A stretch of DNA of 64,000 nucleotides from a phage. The notes beneath the pieces are model-generated. The model was not told where the DNA came from. It ran no database searches and saw only the letters and a list, made by a program, of their open reading frames with translations. Positions within the stretch are counted from its first letter, which is position 1. The number at the start of each line of letters is the position of its first letter. The position numbers and the translations under genes were made by a program. This document shows, in pieces, positions 1 through 10,156 of the stretch. The stretch lies in the sequence record PZ452584.1, one strand, 5' to 3'.

Positions 1-2508
1 TGGATTTCCTTCACGCAATGGAAGAACCATTACTTTATTTCCATCCAAAATTGGAGCTACACCCAGACCACTAACAGCTCGACGATAAGTTAGCACACCA
101 CGAATATGGAACGGGCATTTAAATCCTGGCCAACCTTTATCATCATATTTCGCTATATCGTTCGCAGTTTTTACTTCAGCAATAACTTTATAGTCAAGTT
201 GACGATATTCTTTCTCGAAGTTCTTGTAATATTCTTGGACAGACTCTTCACCTTCCTGAAGAATACGACGAATACTTTCTTCAAGAGCTTCTTGGACCGC
301 TTTAGGCGTTGAACTCTGCTGAGTTTCCATACCCATGATTTTTAGATGCGGTTCAGCAAATCGCTTATCTTCCATATCATAAACGTTCAGAGCATAACGC
401 TTTTTCGCTTTCCAAAATCCACCAACGCCCTTTGAACCAAGTGGAGGGCAAGAAATAGCTTCACGGTCCATATGCATCAGATGCTCGCGGTTATTCATAT
501 AATCACATAACTCACGATATGCAACATCAATCATAGGTTCCATCTTTTTCTTACCGAACTGATTCATGAATTCAACTAAATCGTTCTGCTCTTTGAATCG
601 GTCAAGACCAACTTTTTCAATAACTTTATCTACACAAACATATACCGAATCAGTATCACCTGCTGCGATGAAATCTTCGCCATTAGTTCCGCATACTTTA
701 TTCAGATACTCATTAATTTTACGAGCAATCCACTGAATACCAACTTGACCAAAAATTGTGATAGCAGTAGCATTTCGCAAATCATAGTAACGGAAATGAA
801 TATTACCAAGAGCACCATAAAGACTGTTAATAAGAATTTTACGGTTCAGCTGATTTGTGTTAGCAAGTGTAGCTGCTTTTTCACATTCTTCGATCAGACT
901 ATTAAGAACAGATTCAGTATAATTCGATAGTTCATTTAAGAAATCATCACTGAACTTGACATATCGTTCAACTTCAGGTTTAGTTGAACAAGATCCTGCG
1001 CCTTTCATAATAATCTTTTTAATAGCTTCGGCATTCATTTCTTCAGCGAACATTTTCTTTTTCCAATCTTTACGCTGGAAAAATACTTTAGCGATTTCCT
1101 TTGGAATGATACCTTCTTGATGCTTATCGTACATCCATCCATTCGGAGAACAAGAATATTCATCACTCGGTTTAGGAGCTGTTCCTGCGATATATTCATG
1201 AATTGGATGAACTTTAAACTGACCACGAATAGTCTCAGGACTAATGTTAACCTGACGAATAATGCTCGGATACAGAGACGTCAAGTCAAAACTCATAATA
1301 TATCGACGAGCAATTGGTTTAGGTTCAAACACAAATGCACCCGGAAAACTCTGTTTAACATGCGAACCTTGTTGAGGAATAACTTTATGTTCACCTTTCA
1401 ATGAGTTAAAAATAATAGCATCCCAGGTTTTAATAGGACTCATTACACCAGAAAAAGGCATTTTAGCGTAATAAGACATACTTAAAACTAGATCGATAAA
1501 CCCGCGAATTTTATCAATTGCTTGAACTGATTCTACGTCAATGATGTTATAACTAATGTATCGTTGATGATTAGTCTCACGAAGTTTATTAATAGGACCG
1601 TCGTATGGTAATTTACCTTTTTTGGTTTCGTGTTGAGCAACTGATTCCAATGAGAATGATGGTAAATTAGTAAATGCAAATTTCTTGTACAAATCTAAAT
1701 AATCAAGAATAGATACGCCATCAATAGAATAAATTTCTTTGCTACCGTACATATTTTGGATAAGTTTAGATTTTACTCGACCGATTGGAGAGAAGCGTTT
1801 CATACTACGTTCACCGAGAACCATTTTAACGCGATTCATGATATATGGAACGTCAAATCCCTCAATATTCCAACCAGTAAAAATAGCAGGTCGTTTCTGT
1901 TCCCAAAGATTAATATATTCCATGAGCATATCACGCTCATTATCGAATGGCATATAAATTACTCGGTCAAGAATTTCTTGAGGAACTTCATCACCACCTT
2001 CACAGTCAAGCTTAGCAGCTAACTTTGCATCCCATTTTGATACTGAACCATACATTGAATTCAAAAGGTCGAAAACATAAAAACGATCATCAATTGAATC
2101 GTAATGAGTGATAGCATCAATTTCATATTCAGCTTTCATTGGGTCCGGAAATTTATCACCAGTAACCTCAATGTCACAGTTAGCTACACGAACAAATTTT
2201 CGGTCATAAACAATTTCTGAACCATACGTATCACTGATATAAGCGAGTTTAAAATCGTTCATACCGAGAGCTTCGAGACCGATGTCTTCCATTCGCTTCA
2301 TCCAATCTCGAGCATCTTTCATTGATGGAAATTTTTGAGGAGCGCAATTTTTACCATAGATGTCTTTGTATTTTGACTCTTCCTTACAATGCCTAAACAT
2401 AGTCGGAAGATATTCTACTTCACGAGTACGTTCCTTTCCGTTTTCATCAATATAACGTTCAACAATGTTATTTCCGACTGTTTCAATAGAGATATAAAAT
2501 TCTTTCAT
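1..2508 (-). CDS. 43: DNA polymerase gp43, N-terminal ~836 codons (3' end of gene lies beyond window start)
   Basis: Uninterrupted minus-strand frame 2508->1 (no in-window stop, hence absent from ORF track); starts MKEFYISIETVGNNIV and contains KIMGMETQQSSTPKAVQEALEES, matching T4 DNA polymerase; ATG 2506-2508 preceded by AAGGA SD. Confidence 0.95.
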   Translation of the reverse strand, partial: MKEFYISIETVGNNIVERYIDENGKERTREVEYLPTMFRHCKEESKYKDIYGKNCAPQKFPSMKDARDWMKRMEDIGLEALGMNDFKLAYISDTYGSEIVYDRKFVRVANCDIEVTGDKFPDPMKAEYEIDAITHYDSIDDRFYVFDLLNSMYGSVSKWDAKLAAKLDCEGGDEVPQEILDRVIYMPFDNERDMLMEYINLWEQKRPAIFTGWNIEGFDVPYIMNRVKMVLGERSMKRFSPIGRVKSKLIQNMYGSKEIYSIDGVSILDYLDLYKKFAFTNLPSFSLESVAQHETKKGKLPYDGPINKLRETNHQRYISYNIIDVESVQAIDKIRGFIDLVLSMSYYAKMPFSGVMSPIKTWDAIIFNSLKGEHKVIPQQGSHVKQSFPGAFVFEPKPIARRYIMSFDLTSLYPSIIRQVNISPETIRGQFKVHPIHEYIAGTAPKPSDEYSCSPNGWMYDKHQEGIIPKEIAKVFFQRKDWKKKMFAEEMNAEAIKKIIMKGAGSCSTKPEVERYVKFSDDFLNELSNYTESVLNSLIEECEKAATLANTNQLNRKILINSLYGALGNIHFRYYDLRNATAITIFGQVGIQWIARKINEYLNKVCGTNGEDFIAAGDTDSVYVCVDKVIEKVGLDRFKEQNDLVEFMNQFGKKKMEPMIDVAYRELCDYMNNREHLMHMDREAISCPPLGSKGVGGFWKAKKRYALNVYDMEDKRFAEPHLKIMGMETQQSSTPKAVQEALEESIRRILQEGEESVQEYYKNFEKEYRQLDYKVIAEVKTANDIAKYDDKGWPGFKCPFHIRGVLTYRRAVSGLGVAPILDGNKVMVLPLREGNP

Positions 2509-2511
2509 AGA

Positions 2512-2546
2512 TATTCCTTAGTTTATAGCCCGAGTTATTAGGCTCT
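2512..2546 (-). promoter_or_regulatory. gene 43 translational operator (hairpin with loop AAUAACUC adjacent to SD)
   Basis: Minus-sense RNA AGCCU-AAUAACUC-GGGCU followed by AUAAACUAAGGAAUAUCU-AUG; loop equals the T4 gp43 autoregulatory operator loop as recalled from literature. Confidence 0.6.
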
Positions 2547-2568
2547 TGATATATTATACTCCAAATAA

Positions 2569-2582
2569 GGGGCCGAAGCCCC
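2569..2582 (-). terminator. C(UUCG)G tetraloop hairpin GGGGC-UUCG-GCCCC (terminator / RNA-stability element)
   Basis: Perfect 5-bp GC stem with UUCG loop on minus-sense RNA, directly after stop of ORF 2587-2808. Confidence 0.5.
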
Positions 2583-2586
2583 TTGC

Positions 2587-2808
2587 TTAAATTAGTACTA
2601 TTTGTCGGTGAAAAATTGTCATTCCATCTGCATTAATTGACTTAACGACTGCGGTAAAGTGTTTTTGTTCTGGATGAATTAATTTTTGAAATTCTACCTG
2701 AAATTTTAGTTGGAGGTTTTCTGGTAAATCAAAAAGTGTTTCTGTTGCAGAAAGATTATATTTTTCTTTAAGAGACGCCATGTATTCTTGTGGAGTTATA
2801 GCAGTCAT
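2587..2808 (-). CDS. hypothetical small protein (73 aa) between regA and gene 43
   Basis: ATG 2806-2808 two nt after regA stop (TAAtATG); non-repetitive 73-aa translation MTAITPQEYMASLKEKYNL...; followed by UUCG hairpin; weak SD. Confidence 0.4.
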   Translation of the reverse strand: MTAITPQEYMASLKEKYNLSATETLFDLPENLQLKFQVEFQKLIHPEQKHFTAVVKSINADGMTIFHRQIVLI

Positions 2809-2809
2809 A

Positions 2810-3178
2810 TTAATTACCAATCGTATATTTAGGAACGAGTTTCCATTCATGTTTTTGTTTAAAAGAAATAACTCGGAAGTTATTAGTTAAATCTTTCATA
2901 AAAGTTCTTTGACCGGGAACGATTTCAATCAGTCCCCAATCTTCTAACAGCCATGCAATCGAATCACGACGAACTTCATCTTCTTCTGTCATTTCAACTT
3001 GACGGCCATCCATACGAAGCATTTCTTTAAAATGAACGATATAGTATAGTCCTTTTTTCTGAAGAATATGACAGGACTGATACAGAACTTTATCTTTATT
3101 ATTAGCAATTCCCATACGAGTCAAAGTTTCTTTTACTTTCAGAAAATCTTCAGGTTTTTTAAGAGTAATTTCAATCAT
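2810..3178 (-). CDS. regA: RegA translational repressor
   Basis: 122-aa ORF MIEITLKKPEDFLKVKETLTRMGIANNKDKVLYQSCHILQKKGLYYIVHF... matches T4 RegA as recalled; position upstream of gene 43. Confidence 0.93.
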   Translation of the reverse strand: MIEITLKKPEDFLKVKETLTRMGIANNKDKVLYQSCHILQKKGLYYIVHFKEMLRMDGRQVEMTEEDEVRRDSIAWLLEDWGLIEIVPGQRTFMKDLTNNFRVISFKQKHEWKLVPKYTIGN

Positions 3179-3179
3179 T

Positions 3180-3743
3180 TTACCATTCCAATGCTAGTTT
3201 TTTGAGTTGTTTCTGTTCTTTTACGTTCTTAGTCACTTCTTTCAAAAAATCATCCGTGACTAATCCTTTAAGTTCTTTTAATACTAAAGGTAGTTTTCCA
3301 TTTTTAGTAAGAATTGATTTATAGTTAATTGCATCATTTGTGTTAACTTGATACCGCTTAGCAAGTAACTTAATAATCAATACTTCGGTGGAATCTTCAA
3401 CTAGTTTTGCCCATTTACCATATCTTTTACCACGAGGAACAGCAGCCATCAGATAATTAAAATGGGCTTCATCGCTTAAGCCTGATCCAATTAAATTCAT
3501 AGCATATACAGCTGGCATGCACTCTGGAAATTGTGATAATGCATTTTCAACCATGAATTTTGAATAATCTTTTTGAGCAATAGAGCATTTAGTTTTATTA
3601 TTAATAGCTCCAATTATTTCAAAAAATTCATTTTCAGCTTTTTCTTTAAAAGAATCAGCAGCGGATTGGACAGCTGTCCAATCTTTTGAATACCAAGCAA
3701 CTTGATGCTCGTTTAATTGAATATCATCTTCAAATAAGCTCAT
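3180..3743 (-). CDS. 62: clamp-loader small subunit gp62
   Basis: 187-aa ORF, T4 gp62 length and position between 44 and regA. Confidence 0.88.
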   Translation of the reverse strand: MSLFEDDIQLNEHQVAWYSKDWTAVQSAADSFKEKAENEFFEIIGAINNKTKCSIAQKDYSKFMVENALSQFPECMPAVYAMNLIGSGLSDEAHFNYLMAAVPRGKRYGKWAKLVEDSTEVLIIKLLAKRYQVNTNDAINYKSILTKNGKLPLVLKELKGLVTDDFLKEVTKNVKEQKQLKKLALEW

Positions 3744-3744
3744 A

Positions 3745-4704
3745 TCACTTCCACTGCATTTCGCATGCTAATTGAATGAAAAGATAAGCTAAATGTAATT
3801 CAGTATTAGCTGCAATACCATGATACTGATTATTTTCGCCGACAATTTCGTACATACGAATAATACTCTGTGGAGTTACACGTGAATAGATTTCTTCGGC
3901 AAGTTTACCCACGAACCACGAATAATCGGCTGCATATTTTGGTGCTAAAGCTCTGAGTTGTTTAACATCTTTATTTTTGAGAGACTCAAGAACATCATCA
4001 ATAGCACCACGATCGTTAGTAACCAGTGATAAAATACCAGCATCCAAAACACCTTTAGATGAATAACTATCGAGCTCGCCAATAGTTTTACGAAAATCAG
4101 GAAAATTCTTTTTAACCAAAGCTGCTACAACTTTCATATCAGCTATAGCAATACCTTCATGTTTACAGATTTCAGTCAATCGACGAATCATCTGCTTCAT
4201 CATTTCAATTTTATCTTCATCGGTCGGTTGACCGAACGTAATAACTCGGCAGCGTGACTGAAGTGGTTTAATAATACCATCAATATTGTTAGCAGTAATA
4301 ATAATACTACAGTTTGAACTATAAGCTTCCATAAAGGAACGAAGATGTCGCTGAGATTCTGCTAAACCTGAACGGTCAAATTCATCAATAACGATTACTT
4401 TTTGACGACCATCAAATGAAGCGGCGCTGGCAAAATTAGTCAAAGGACCACGAACGAAATCAATTTTACAGTCTGATCCATTTACAAACATCATATCAGC
4501 ATTTACATCATGACACAATGCTTTTGCTACAGTTGTTTTACCTGTTCCTGGAGAAGGAGAATGAAGAATAATATGTGGAATCTTACCTTTACTTGTAATA
4601 GATTTAAAGGTTTCTTTATCAAAGGCGGGAAGAATACATTCATCGATAGTAGATGGACGATATTTCTGTTCAAGAATGTGTTCTTTTTCATTTACGGTAA
4701 TCAT
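3745..4704 (-). CDS. 44: clamp-loader ATPase gp44
   Basis: Walker [11 protein letters not shown], Walker [12 protein letters not shown] motif; start taken at ATG 4702-4704 (MITVNEK, 319 aa, SD GAGGAA) rather than upstream TTG of ORF track. Confidence 0.92.
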
Positions 4705-4739
4705 AATTTCCTCATTCAAGTTTTAGTGTAAATTATAAA

Positions 4740-4751
4740 GGGCCGAAGCCC
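4740..4751 (-). terminator. C(UUCG)G tetraloop hairpin between genes 45 and 44
   Basis: GGGC-UUCG-GCCC on minus-sense RNA in 45-44 intercistronic gap. Confidence 0.45.
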
Positions 4752-4755
4752 TCTA

Positions 4756-5442
4756 TTAAAAATCGTGGGTAGAATCAGCTTCAAGAGCTACTACATAATT
4801 CGCATGTTCACCTTCAAATTTAGCAGCACCTTGTTTACCTTTTGCCCAGAGCAGAAGTTTATAATTTCCTGGTTGCATTTTCATATTTGCCATATTGATA
4901 ATGAAATTAAATGTATTTTCACCATCATAATCACCAAGAGTCAAAGAATATTTAACACGGGTCAGAGCAGAATCTTCTACTTTATTAAAACCGTTAATTA
5001 CGATTTTACCTTCTTTTACTGTGATAGCAATTGTATCAATTTGCAGACCACGAGATACACGCAACAGTTGTTGAAGGTCTTCAGCTTTAATTTCAGTAAC
5101 AACAGATGCTACCGGGAATGGAATTGGTTTATTAGGAGCAACTACTGTACTCGGATCGGCTGCTGGCCAAAAAATTGTTGAGCGGGCATCAGCAATTTTA
5201 ATATTTCCATCTTCTGACTGGGAAATTTCTGCATCATCATTAACTAGAGACAGAATACCGAGAAAACCGTTCAAATCGTAAATTGCTACATCAAAATCAA
5301 TAACGTCAGAAATATTCGCTTCCGCATAAGTTGTACCATTAACTGCGCGAGTCATAATAAATTGACCGGATTTAAGCATAATACCAGAGTTAATAGTAGC
5401 GAAATTTTTCAGCAGAGCAGTAGTATCTTTAGACAGTTTCAT
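4756..5442 (-). CDS. 45: sliding clamp gp45
   Basis: 228-aa ORF, T4 gp45 size and position; ATG 5440-5442. Confidence 0.92.
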   Translation of the reverse strand: MKLSKDTTALLKNFATINSGIMLKSGQFIMTRAVNGTTYAEANISDVIDFDVAIYDLNGFLGILSLVNDDAEISQSEDGNIKIADARSTIFWPAADPSTVVAPNKPIPFPVASVVTEIKAEDLQQLLRVSRGLQIDTIAITVKEGKIVINGFNKVEDSALTRVKYSLTLGDYDGENTFNFIINMANMKMQPGNYKLLLWAKGKQGAAKFEGEHANYVVALEADSTHDF

Positions 5443-5471
5443 GTAATTTCCTTCAATTCAAATGAGATTTA

Positions 5472-5497
5472 ATTTTATAACTAATTTAATAAAGCAA
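5472..5497 (-). promoter_or_regulatory. MotA-dependent middle promoter upstream of gene 45
   Basis: Minus-sense TTGCTTTA (MotA box) about 12 nt upstream of TAAAAT/TATAAA -10, 30-50 nt upstream of gene 45 ATG. Confidence 0.45.
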
Positions 5498-5887
5498 TTA
5501 ACGATTAAAATCAGCCGCAATTGTTTCCGCAACAATTTGAGCAGCAACAATTAGACGTTCATCTGCATTACCGCAATAATCATCTTCAAGGCGTTCACCA
5601 CATGAAGTCATAATAAATTTAGCACCAGCATTTAAAGATTCTGTCGTATGTTTGCGCATTAGTTCAATCCATTTATCACTCACTTCGCGATCGATAGCTT
5701 CATAATACGCATGACGAGCAGGTGCAGATTTAATTTTGTTCTGAATAACTTCCATTGCGTTATCAGAAAGAGACAAAACCCATGCTCGACGAATTTTATT
5801 TTGGTTTTGTGGATTTGATTCAGAACGCACGTGTTTTGGCTGAATATCTTTTACATCAACAGTATAATTCACAGTAATTTTAGTCAT
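5498..5887 (-). CDS. rpbA: RNA polymerase-binding protein RpbA
   Basis: 129-aa ORF at T4 rpbA position and length. Confidence 0.8.
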   Translation of the reverse strand: MTKITVNYTVDVKDIQPKHVRSESNPQNQNKIRRAWVLSLSDNAMEVIQNKIKSAPARHAYYEAIDREVSDKWIELMRKHTTESLNAGAKFIMTSCGERLEDDYCGNADERLIVAAQIVAETIAADFNR

Positions 5888-5896
5888 AATACACCT

Positions 5897-6085
5897 TTAG
5901 TCATAATAATCAGTAACAGTCCAAGCTTCATTTCTATTGGACATTATTTTTGTATATTCTGCTTTAAATGCATTCCTAAGCATAGATTCAGTAACTATAT
6001 GCTCTTCATTAGAAAAATTATTTCTCAGAATATATCGTTTTATTTCAGGAATAGTTAATAGATGCTGTCCAGTTGAATATTCCAT
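5897..6085 (-). CDS. small hypothetical protein (T4 45.2 position)
   Basis: 62-aa ORF between 46 and rpbA. Confidence 0.55.
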   Translation of the reverse strand: MEYSTGQHLLTIPEIKRYILRNNFSNEEHIVTESMLRNAFKAEYTKIMSNRNEAWTVTDYYD

Positions 6086-6140
6086 GTTTTTCCTCCATAG
6101 AGATTATACTCTAATAAATTAAAGCATAATCTCTTATAAA

Positions 6141-7823
6141 TTAAACCATTACAGTAAATCGACCAACTTTCTTCATTTGAAGATGCTGACCATATTCTTG
6201 CGGGTCATGGTCTTTATGCGAAATTATAAAAACATTAGTGTTTTTCATTGAATTTATAATATTAGCTACACCTTTAATACCTTCGGCATCAAATGACCCG
6301 TCAAACACTTCATCAAGAATTAATGTACTAATACTAACACCAGATACGATAGAAGCAATATCACGCCAAGTAAATAAAAGAGCAATATCAATTCGTGCCT
6401 TTTCACCTTCACTAAATGAAGCATAACTAAAATCTTCACGACCACGGGATTTAATTGTCTCATTAAATTCTTCATCTAATGTAAACACATAATCCGCTTC
6501 CATTATTTTAAGATAATGGTTAATCTGCTTATTAAATAATGGAATGTACTTTTTAATAATAGCACCTTTAATACCAGAATCTTTGAGCATATCAGTCAAA
6601 ATTCCTCGGTGGTATTTTTCCATTACTAAATTAGTTTTTGTCTTAACAATTTTATCAAGTTCTTCTTGAAGCAGTGCTATTTCATCAGCATGGTCAATAA
6701 ACTCAGAAGATGCTTTTTCTATAGCTGCTTTAACTTTTTTAGCTTTATCTACCGTCGTGATTAGAGATTGCTTTTTATTGCGAATATCATTTGCCAACGA
6801 CTGCTGGGTTTTAATATTATCTCGGTATTCATCAACAAGAACTTTTAAATTATCACGATGTGTTGAAAGCTGTTCAAACGAATGCGTACATTCAGAAACT
6901 TTATCTTTAATTTTAGAAACAACTTTATCACCGGAACTTAATTGTGACAGACAGGTTGGACATAATCCGCCTTCGTGATACATATTAATGACTTTATTAT
7001 ACGAGTCAATTTTTGATTTAATTAAAACTGCTTCTTGACCGATTTTATTAAATGCATCAGTCGGGTCTTCATCCAAAACAATATTAACTAATCTTTCATT
7101 AGCTTCTTCTATTTCCGATTTTAGCGTTCTAGCTTCTTTTGCCAAATCATCATACATATTTTGCAGACGAGTAAGATTGTCACCCGTTAATTTTTTCTGG
7201 CGTTCAACGTTATCATTATATATTTTAATTTGTTGGATAATACTATCTTTTTTAACATCAAGCACTTGGTTTTGTGAATTTAATTCACGTATTAGTGCTT
7301 TATTAAGCTTATCCATTTCAGCTAATGTTCCTACCTCAAGCAGGTCTTCCACAAGCTTTCTTCGTGCAGGGGTCGACAAACCCATGAAAGGGGTATACCC
7401 TGCTGTACCAAGGACAACAATCTGCTTGAAACTGGCATATGACATTCCGATAAGCTGTTCAAATTCTGCTTGGAAATCTTTACTGCTGGCAGATTCATTA
7501 AGACGTGTACCGTTAACGGTGATTTCGAAAACGTTTGGTTTTTGTCCTCTTTTGATATAGTACTTTTTCTCATCATATTCCATCCACAGTTCAACTAAAA
7601 GTTCTTTCTTATTTGTGCTGTTTATTAATTGACCTTTCTTTACATCACGAAATGGCTTGCCAAAAAGCCCAAATGTGATGGCTTCTAACATAGTAGACTT
7701 ACCACCGCCATTTCGTCCAGTAATAAGAGTTTTTTGAACCTTATCTAATTGAATGTCAACTCCATTTTGACCAACTGACATTATATTTTTATATTTTACT
7801 CTATTAAGTTTAAATGATTTCAT
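6141..7823 (-). CDS. 46: recombination endonuclease subunit gp46 (Rad50/SbcC-like ATPase)
   Basis: 560 aa; Walker A GRNGGGKST near N-terminus, coiled-coil middle, CPTC zinc hook, C-terminal ABC signature/Walker B region (LILDEVFDGSFD). Confidence 0.92.
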   Translation of the reverse strand: MKSFKLNRVKYKNIMSVGQNGVDIQLDKVQKTLITGRNGGGKSTMLEAITFGLFGKPFRDVKKGQLINSTNKKELLVELWMEYDEKKYYIKRGQKPNVFEITVNGTRLNESASSKDFQAEFEQLIGMSYASFKQIVVLGTAGYTPFMGLSTPARRKLVEDLLEVGTLAEMDKLNKALIRELNSQNQVLDVKKDSIIQQIKIYNDNVERQKKLTGDNLTRLQNMYDDLAKEARTLKSEIEEANERLVNIVLDEDPTDAFNKIGQEAVLIKSKIDSYNKVINMYHEGGLCPTCLSQLSSGDKVVSKIKDKVSECTHSFEQLSTHRDNLKVLVDEYRDNIKTQQSLANDIRNKKQSLITTVDKAKKVKAAIEKASSEFIDHADEIALLQEELDKIVKTKTNLVMEKYHRGILTDMLKDSGIKGAIIKKYIPLFNKQINHYLKIMEADYVFTLDEEFNETIKSRGREDFSYASFSEGEKARIDIALLFTWRDIASIVSGVSISTLILDEVFDGSFDAEGIKGVANIINSMKNTNVFIISHKDHDPQEYGQHLQMKKVGRFTVMV

Positions 7824-7838
7824 TTTGTATCCAATTGT

Positions 7839-8693
7839 TCACAATGAAGAAAATTCTTTAACTAAAGCCTGTAATGAAGCCTCTATTGGATATCCATTCT
7901 TAACTAACATTTTCCTAAACATCACATGTTTAGGACGATTATATGATATCCACAATTCATACAATTTATCTTTATTATCCCAATGATAGCCTTTTCGTCG
8001 AGATGCTATATGAGCTTTTCTAATCTCCGGATTTTTCCAACTAGCAGCTACTGAATTTGATATAGCTATTTTATATTCAGGTTTTGATAAAGCAGCACGA
8101 ACAGCCTTTTGGTGTTTAATTTTATTTTCTTCGTTATTAAACCATTCCCTTGAAGCCATTGAAATTTTTTGTTTTGTTTTAAAATTATTTAATCTTTCTT
8201 TGTTATCTTTCCTATTTTTTGCTACTGAAAAATATTTTAATGCCCTTTCTCTAGCAGCATTTCTATTTTGCGGATTTGAATAATATTGTTGAAGCCTTTT
8301 TGATATTGTGTCACTTACATCTTGTTTTATAAAACTATATTCAGCAGCTATTAAATCAACTTCGGCTAAAGATAAATTTTTATATGTTTTTCCTGACATC
8401 ATTCTATTTAAAGCATTTAGCATTTTTCCATTTTTACCTTTTGCTAATAAGAAATGTGCTTTAAAATGATTAAAATGACTTAAATTAACTAAATTCCATG
8501 TAGATTTTAAATATTCAGGAAATATTGATTTAGGAAGCACGTGATGTGCTTCCGTTTTACCTGGAGTTTTAACAGTTGAATTCATAGAAATAAAATTAAT
8601 GTAAGACTTGGCGTCTTCTTCACTCAACGCTAATTTTTCAACTAATTCCTTTATTAAAAATTCATCATTAATGTCAAGTTTAAAATTCTTCAC
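7839..8693 (-). mobile_element. free-standing HNH homing endonuclease gene (Mob-like), GTG start
   Basis: 284-aa ORF with HNH core KTEAHHVLPKSIFPEY...NLVNLSHFNHFKAH; about 47 bp near-identical DNA to the mobC-like gene (8511-8557 vs 17030-17077); inserted between 46 and the 46.1-like ORF. Confidence 0.75.
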
Positions 8694-8905
8694 AAAAGAT
8701 TCCTTTTAATGTATCTTTTAGACCATTCTATCATATCATCATAATCTAAAAAGTATTCATCAAATTCAGCCATGCAAACAACGCCTTGTGCTGCTTTTGA
8801 TGTGATATAAATTATTCCAACATATCTAGAATCTTCTTCGGTATAATCAATGTTTGCTATGAATTCATCATTGATGTCAAATGTCGAAAACTTCACAGTA
8901 TGCAT
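8690..8905 (-). CDS. hypothetical protein (46.1-like position)
   Basis: ATG 8903-8905; N-terminus MHTVKFSTFDINDEF resembles N-terminus of adjacent HNH ORF; stop overlaps HNH GTG start (GTGA). Confidence 0.45.
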   Translation of the reverse strand: MHTVKFSTFDINDEFIANIDYTEEDSRYVGIIYITSKAAQGVVCMAEFDEYFLDYDDMIEWSKRYIKRNLL

Positions 8906-9140
8906 CCTTAATACAAGATACAGCCATATCTCGTAATGATTTAGGTGTGTCATTATCTAAAATGTTGAAGTTAAAAGATACAGCCCAGTCAGTGCAGACC
9001 GTAACCTTTTTAATACAATTATCTTCAACCTCTAGCGGTTCAAACCAATATTCAATAATTTCTTTATGCCCAATATCATCTTTTACTTCGCATTCAAAAT
9101 GCTGACTCATCATAACATTTTTAAATTCATCAAAAGTCAT
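8877..9140 (-). CDS. hypothetical protein (46.2-like position)
   Basis: 87-aa ORF; ATG 9138-9140 overlaps gp47 stop (ATGA). Confidence 0.45.
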   Translation of the reverse strand: MTFDEFKNVMMSQHFECEVKDDIGHKEIIEYWFEPLEVEDNCIKKVTVCTDWAVSFNFNILDNDTPKSLRDMAVSCIKDAYCEVFDI

Positions 9141-10156
9141 TGTGTTGCCTCTACATATAACTGATTTGCATATTGAATAAGTGCTTCACGGTCAGAATCA
9201 GTGATGTCTGGAATTGCATTAATGTATTCTTCCATCAACGTCTGAAGAGATTGAACTTCAACTTCTTCACTGTCATCTGACTCGACAGAGTTATCAATCT
9301 TTGACACAACTCGTAATGAATGCACAACTTTTTCTAGTTCAGATTCGAACTTCGTCAGATTTTTGTCTACTTCAGTTACTATAACACGTACTGATAGATT
9401 TGTAAAATCTTTATAGTCAATTTTTCCTTTAAATGGATAATGAATTCTACGATGCCAGGTAGTATTGTTTGGAATAAATTCCATTCGTTCTGTTTCTGTA
9501 TCAAACATCCAGAACCCGCGAGGGTCATTCTCGTCACCTGCAGTTAGTGTCCATGGTGTCCCAATATATCTGACGTTAGCAGCCTCAGAGATAGTATGGA
9601 AGTGACCAGACCACACCTCTTTATAAGTCTTAAGGAAATCAGGTTCAAGACCATGAGATTTCATTCCTTTATAAAAATAAAATCCATTCAGTTCCCAGTG
9701 ACCAACACAAAAAGAAGCAGAAGAAGTTTTTATGTGCTCGAGAATTTCACCAGTATTTTCTTCACACATCCAAGGAATTAAATCAATTAAACATCCGTCA
9801 AAATCTACTGTAGTAGGCTTATCATATACTTTAACATTAGGATATTTAGCCAAAAGCTCAGTAGAGGCATTTGGATGCATTACATTTTTGTAGTGGAGAT
9901 CGTGATTTCCTACAATAGTATGTAATGTGATTCCAGCGTCATCAAGCATTTGAACTATTTCACGGGCAAACTCCATAGTTTTATGTGTGATTGCTTTTCG
10001 CACATCAAAAATATCACCATATTGAATCCATACAGTAATTCCATTTTTCTTAGAATATTCTATCGCTTGCTTAATTCCATCAATTTGAATACCGCGAATC
10101 CACTCATCATCAGCTTTAACGCCTAAATGCCAATCACCCGAGTTTAGTATTTTCAT
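9137..10156 (-). CDS. 47: recombination endonuclease subunit gp47 (Mre11/SbcD-like phosphoesterase)
   Basis: 339 aa, starts MKILNSGDWHLG, metallophosphatase motifs (GDIFD, GNHD). Confidence 0.92.
   Translation of the reverse strand: MKILNSGDWHLGVKADDEWIRGIQIDGIKQAIEYSKKNGITVWIQYGDIFDVRKAITHKTMEFAREIVQMLDDAGITLHTIVGNHDLHYKNVMHPNASTELLAKYPNVKVYDKPTTVDFDGCLIDLIPWMCEENTGEILEHIKTSSASFCVGHWELNGFYFYKGMKSHGLEPDFLKTYKEVWSGHFHTISEAANVRYIGTPWTLTAGDENDPRGFWMFDTETERMEFIPNNTTWHRRIHYPFKGKIDYKDFTNLSVRVIVTEVDKNLTKFESELEKVVHSLRVVSKIDNSVESDDSEEVEVQSLQTLMEEYINAIPDITDSDREALIQYANQLYVEATQ

Noticed and set aside
106-2022. Plus-strand ORFs 106-312, 745-930, 1117-1404, 1739-1957, 1756-2022
   Set aside because: All lie antisense within the continuous minus-strand DNA polymerase frame, which has clear T4 gp43 identity; treated as chance ORFs.
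4510-5181. Plus-strand ORFs 4510-4731 and 4765-5181
   Set aside because: Antisense to gp44 and gp45 coding sequence; low-complexity translations.
6238-7594. ORFs 6238-6426, 6757-6978, 7177-7560 (+) and 7331-7594 (-)
   Set aside because: Embedded in or antisense to the gp46 reading frame; no independent signals.
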